Shown: positions 25,501 through 28,564 of the stretch, one piece after another
Position numbering within the stretch: position 1 is the first letter of the stretch
Layout of the letters: each line of letters opens with the position of its first letter
Virus record (IMG/VR): IMGVR_UViG_3300037840_000439
DNA from: an uncultured virus (IMG/VR IMGVR_UViG_3300037840_000439)
Lineage: Duplodnaviria > Heunggongvirae > Uroviricota > Caudoviricetes
DNA length: 28,564 nt
Strand: one strand, 5' to 3'
Made by a program: the position numbers and the translations under genes
Notes under the pieces: generated by a model
The model's database searches: none
Told to the model about the DNA's origin: nothing
Seen by the model: only the letters and a program-made list of their open reading frames with translations

Positions 25501-26021
25501 TGATGATCCTGAAGCTCGACGTAGAGCGCTCCTGGTTCGAACCGTTCCCGGAGCTGCCCCAAGAGCAGGCTTCCCTGGTGCTCACCCTCGTGCAGGATGC
25601 GTTGCGACAGCGGGCTACCCATGCAGCCGGTCAGGCCAATGAGCCCCTTCGTACGGCCTTCCAGGTGGTGCAGCAGGTGCTCGGCGCGGGCGCGCTCCAG
25701 CGCGACTGGATCTTGCGGAACGCCCAGCTCGGCCTGCGGAATCGCGGTCGCATGGGAGGCTAACCACATGAGGTTTTTGTAGCCTTCTGCGGTTGCTGCC
25801 AGGAGCGGGAGGTGACCGATCTCACAGCCGAGGATGGGCTGGATGTTGGCTTCCTTCGCCGCCTTGTAGAAGTTCAGGATGCCGAACATGTTGCCGTGAT
25901 CGGTCACCGCGACGGCGCGCTGGCCTGCGGCGGCCATGCGCTTGACGAGATCCTTCACCTTCACCGCTCCGTCGAGGAGCGAGAACTGCGTGTGGACGTG
26001 GAGGTGGACGAACTCTGTCAC
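22506..26021 (-). CDS. dnaE: DNA polymerase III alpha subunit (family C)
   Basis: PHP HLHVHTQFSLLDG and TDHGN; GPGRGSGAGS; PDFDIDF; KFDFLGLKTL; OB-fold C-terminus. Confidence 0.97.
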   Translation of the reverse strand: MTEFVHLHVHTQFSLLDGAVKVKDLVKRMAAAGQRAVAVTDHGNMFGILNFYKAAKEANIQPILGCEIGHLPLLAATAEGYKNLMWLASHATAIPQAELGVPQDPVALERARAEHLLHHLEGRTKGLIGLTGCMGSPLSQRILHEGEHQGSLLLGQLRERFEPGALYVELQDHHLPEQAPLNAILHDLSIHHGLRKVATNDVHYPERGDADAHLVLGCVKNQRQLVVARGDHHGSSEMYLKSGEEMAQLFTAPTLAATLEIAEKCSGLKLDLNKPMLPNFPVPQGYTAESYFRHLAREGLERRFAEGGIAGAPRDVCEQRLAFELDVICKMNFPGYFLIVWDFIRFAKERGIPVGPGRGSGAGSLVAYALRITDIDPIRHGLLFERFLNPDRVSMPDFDIDFCMVRRDEVVAYVRQKYGAESVGQIATFMELKARSVIKDVARALGMAPMDAQKIANMIPPGSQTHSTTIAEAIVAESKLGAPEYKEVISYAQKLEGLTRHVGVHAAGIVISEGPLWDHVPVFRDDHGNYVTQYAMNEVEAAGLVKFDFLGLKTLTVLEIARRLIGPRGGPPEAWQRAYEACGGVLPPLAWEQAYRACGGFPSGCGEPVDAEGLLYLNQLSLDDPKVYALLATGETKGVFQLESSGMQQLFRDMRPDRFGDIVAGVSLFRPGPLGSGMCKSYVERKNKREKVTSFHPLVDEHLKDTYGVVVYQEQVMWVARLLAGYTLARADLLRRAMGKKKPAEMAKERAGFVEGAGKNGVEAQEANRIFDLLDFFSGYGFNVSHASGYALLTYQTAYLKIYHPAELLCASLTCDQDKSELVVRTLADALAMGIRVLPPDINQSDLSFKVEDGAIRFGLGAVRGLGEAALAGVLDKRPFHDLFDVASRVDVKKGVLETLVQCGALDSLGVERAKAFATVELAIKRAKPLAKDAKRGQLNWFSGGTTAEIFEGKPEYVSVPAWDQREKLARERKALGFYVSGHPMDRYAGASRVLERLQVIPIERCDELADGTMVRLTGMVQEYRVKEEWNISFFSLGDRTGHVDAKLRSYDAYGSLLARGEPVMVFGRLKQDEDEEGKVTTTLLVKDVRLLSDAVKLEARAAIVTVRAPATLEPLQDVLEKVKGSVPVGLRLVLETGAETLMKLPQRIEVSEVFLAGVERAYGGGAVEIR

Positions 26022-26233
26022 AATTCCGTGACCCGTCTAAACTCTTCATCAGTGTCAACTGGTCCTAGCGGGCCGCACGCGTCGACCGCAAGCCGCCTCG
26101 GGTTTTGGATATGGCGCACCACGTTGAGCGAGCCGCAGAACATATCCACGAAGAGCGAGTTCTCTCCCAGTCTCTCAGAACAGAGAGAAGCGATGCGGGC
26201 GCCGGGGCCGGCCTTGCCGCCTAGGTATTGCAC
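26018..26233 (-). pseudogene. Dam/D12-class DNA adenine methyltransferase 5' fragment
   Basis: MQYLGGK..FVDMFCGSLNV (motifs X and I); no DPPY motif; 71 aa. Confidence 0.75.
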
Positions 26234-26766
26234 TTGTCCTCACCCCGCCGGTCCTCAGCTTCTCGCTTGGCCTCCTCCGCCTTCGCTGCACTCATGTAGA
26301 TGCTGATGCGTTGTTCGACAGCAGCTGATTCGACACGGAGCTTCTCCAGATCGGCGAGAATCGCAGGTAGCGTGTCATTCGGCAGGTAATCCGTCCCGTC
26401 ATTGTTCCAACGTGCGTTGTCGCTAGGCGGCGCACGGAACCACGTCTTGATCGCATCCATCCACTCGGCGCGACAACTCTTGCAAACACGTAGCGTGAAC
26501 ATCGGATGATGCGCGGTTCTCTCGTTGCGATCTTGTTGATCGTACGGCGGTTCCTCAAACTCGGGGGCGCCCCACCGATTGGCCTCGCCGGTTGGATTCA
26601 AAATGAGACCGTAGACAGAGAACTGTTCGAACGGAACACCAAGCTCGTTCATCGCATAAAAGCACGCCATCCAGAGTGTGCGTCGATCCCCACCAACCAC
26701 TCCACACCTGGCGCAAGCTTCGTTGTGGCCTAGCGGATTTTGCCTCTCTTCGCTCTCCATTGTCAC
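26221..26766 (-). CDS. hypothetical phage protein
   Basis: CARC..DRRTLWMACFYAMNEL..FTLRVCKSCRAEW. Confidence 0.7.
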   Translation of the reverse strand: MTMESEERQNPLGHNEACARCGVVGGDRRTLWMACFYAMNELGVPFEQFSVYGLILNPTGEANRWGAPEFEEPPYDQQDRNERTAHHPMFTLRVCKSCRAEWMDAIKTWFRAPPSDNARWNNDGTDYLPNDTLPAILADLEKLRVESAAVEQRISIYMSAAKAEEAKREAEDRRGEDKCNT

Positions 26767-26984
26767 ACGCCCTTTGTAATCACGACCTTCAGGTTCACAT
26801 CAAGTCCGCAGTGCCCGCACACGCCCCTGAAGTCCTCGCGCTTGTCCGTCCAGTGAACCCCGTGCACGCAGTGGTGCGGCGGCTCGTGTCCCGACATCCG
26901 CACGCATTGCGTGTTGACCGGGCACGGGCCGTCGATGGCGAGTTCGCGCGTTCGGCAGCGCTTTAGGCCGCGACCCTTGCTCAT
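26763..26984 (-). CDS. small Cys/His-rich protein
   Basis: GTGA coupling; CVH, CGHC. Confidence 0.5.
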   Translation of the reverse strand: MSKGRGLKRCRTRELAIDGPCPVNTQCVRMSGHEPPHHCVHGVHWTDKREDFRGVCGHCGLDVNLKVVITKGV

Positions 26985-26986
26985 CG

Positions 26987-27235
26987 TCAGGTCGTTCCAT
27001 CGCGAAGACGAGCAAGCTCGCGGCCGAGGTCGTTTGCACGTCGCATGAGGGAACCAGGGGCACCGACGTCCTTCGACAGACATGGGTGCTCAACAGCGTT
27101 GAGTATCGCTTCCATGTTCTCGCACCCACATGAGTCAAACAGAGCCGCGAGCAGTCCGATTCGTACAACGTCGGTCACAGGACCGTTGCCGCACAGAAAG
27201 CTAATTGCCTTCGCTATCGCCTCTTCGCTCGGCAT
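26987..27235 (-). CDS. hypothetical protein
   Basis: GGAG upstream; fits the gene run. Confidence 0.45.
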   Translation of the reverse strand: MPSEEAIAKAISFLCGNGPVTDVVRIGLLAALFDSCGCENMEAILNAVEHPCLSKDVGAPGSLMRRANDLGRELARLRDGTT

Positions 27236-27269
27236 ACCTACACATCTCCCGTCTTCGGATCACAACCGG

Positions 27270-27476
27270 CTACGACTGTACTTGCGTCTGCGGTCTTGTT
27301 GGTTGAACGGAACAGAACGATCCTGTCTGGAACATGCCAAATGGTAATCTGCGGTGCCAAGGGCATGTACCAGATCCAATGCATTCAATGCGATGAGCGT
27401 ATCCACCGCACTCGCAATGAAAGTCGCCACACACCTCTGTCCCATTCCACTGAATGCAGACATCAGACTCGCCCAT
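27270..27476 (-). CDS. small Cys-rich phage protein
   Basis: IQWNGTEVCGDFHCECG; coupled to the upstream stop. Confidence 0.5.
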   Translation of the reverse strand: MGESDVCIQWNGTEVCGDFHCECGGYAHRIECIGSGTCPWHRRLPFGMFQTGSFCSVQPTRPQTQVQS

Positions 27477-28063
27477 CACACGTCTCCCGTCTTTGAATCG
27501 ACCCGATGCAGCGCCATATTCCGTCTGCCGGGCTCGACGACCCGGTAGCATGTGACCTTGTGCGCTCTCGCGTGCACAATCGCGTCCTCGTCGAAGCGCG
27601 ACGTCGAGATAAGCCAGCACTCCCAGGAGCCAAACTTCCGGACGTCCCGGAACTGGTACTGGAGCTTCATGATCAGGTCACGCTTGATCGACCCCTGGAG
27701 ATTCTTGCACTCGACCCACACGTACTTCGTGCTTCGCTTGGCTGCGATGATGAAGATCAGAAAGCTTAGTGGGACCGACCAGTCCAGAGAACGGAGAAAC
27801 CCAACCGGCACACCATCCATCTCTTCAGTGAGCCACCCGAGCCAGTAAGCAATTCCGGCGCTCCCGAACAACAGACAGACGATCGACAGGAATCTCCAGC
27901 CGAGACTCCTCTTCGTGGCGAAGATGTCGCAGTCGTGCTTTCGGACAGCAACGCGACCTTTGAAGTGGCGGCCGAGCGTGGGCTCCCAGCCGCGCTTCTC
28001 GAGGAAGCGGGCCACCTGTTCTTCGAAGGTCTTGCCCTTGTAGTGGTTTTCTTCGCCGCTCAT
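27476..28063 (-). CDS. Mrr-like PD-(D/E)xK endonuclease with an internal TM hairpin
   Basis: KGKTFEEQVARFL..CDIFA..[2 TM]..VECKN..LISTSRFDEDA. Confidence 0.75.
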   Translation of the reverse strand: MSGEENHYKGKTFEEQVARFLEKRGWEPTLGRHFKGRVAVRKHDCDIFATKRSLGWRFLSIVCLLFGSAGIAYWLGWLTEEMDGVPVGFLRSLDWSVPLSFLIFIIAAKRSTKYVWVECKNLQGSIKRDLIMKLQYQFRDVRKFGSWECWLISTSRFDEDAIVHARAHKVTCYRVVEPGRRNMALHRVDSKTGDV

Positions 28064-28350
28064 GCGAGTTGTGGATCGATCGTGCTTGGCATCACAACAA
28101 CACCGACGGCACGTACCGCATTGTTGTTAGCCACATCGTAGAAGACCAGCACGTATTCCGTCTCCTCACGATGACCGTGAATAGACTTTAACTTCTCGTG
28201 TAGCTCTCCCGGAGACTTGGGGTGATCATGAATCACACACACCCTGTGCGCTTCCGTTGAATGCTCCACACGAATTTCCAAGTCGGTAGCAGGCCAGTAT
28301 TGGAGAACCTCTTGGTACTTCTGGAGCCCGTTGTTCGCTTCATGCGTCAT
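28060..28350 (-). CDS. hypothetical protein
   Basis: ATGA-coupled to the nuclease gene. Confidence 0.5.
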   Translation of the reverse strand: MTHEANNGLQKYQEVLQYWPATDLEIRVEHSTEAHRVCVIHDHPKSPGELHEKLKSIHGHREETEYVLVFYDVANNNAVRAVGVVVMPSTIDPQLA

Positions 28351-28564
28351 GACGTTCCCTTGTCTTACACACAGGACACCACCAACCAAGCTCCGCGAGC
28401 CCCATCGCGAACCGTTGCCAGCCCCATGCGCCTGTCGGAACAATCTTCATGTGCGCCCCACACGTCGCGCACGGCTGATTGCTTCACCGTGTTGTTTCTT
28501 CTGCTCTGGTGTTCGTGCAGCGTGCCCGAGCCTGATCTTTTCAGCGCGCATTACCCGTTGCTGC

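Overview
This window looks like part of a large phage or prophage-like element. The host is probably a Myxococcota (Polyangiaceae-like) bacterium, inferred from my recollection of the DnaE, histone-like protein and AgmX/PglI-C-like domain families. No capsid, terminase, integrase, rRNA, tRNA or CRISPR array was recognised. (1) 1-3354 is a translationally coupled operon of membrane-anchored proteins, including two peptidoglycan hydrolases. Four of them, plus a fifth gene on the opposite strand (4316-4690), share an N-terminal motif G-R-[PR]-V-x-G-F-x-[VL]-G. (2) 3356-4312 is a Phd/YefM-MNT fusion plus HEPN toxin-antitoxin module with TGTACA palindromes. (3) About 6180-8985 is a cassette-like run of small unrelated genes joined by a recurring 20-40 bp junction motif. 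(4) The accessory and replication region encodes ParB, Nudix, MazG-like, KGG, SEC-C, RHH, histone-like and RuvA-C proteins, a TM-interrupted Mrr-like nuclease and a full-length DnaE. (5) There are many rearrangement scars: 5'-only stubs of thyX (twice), dcd and a Dam-like MTase, and a gene (17919-18267) whose middle is flipped by two adjacent micro-inversions relative to its intact paralogue (19131-19502). A candidate structured RNA lies at 19501-19619. All family calls come from motif recognition by eye, not database searches.
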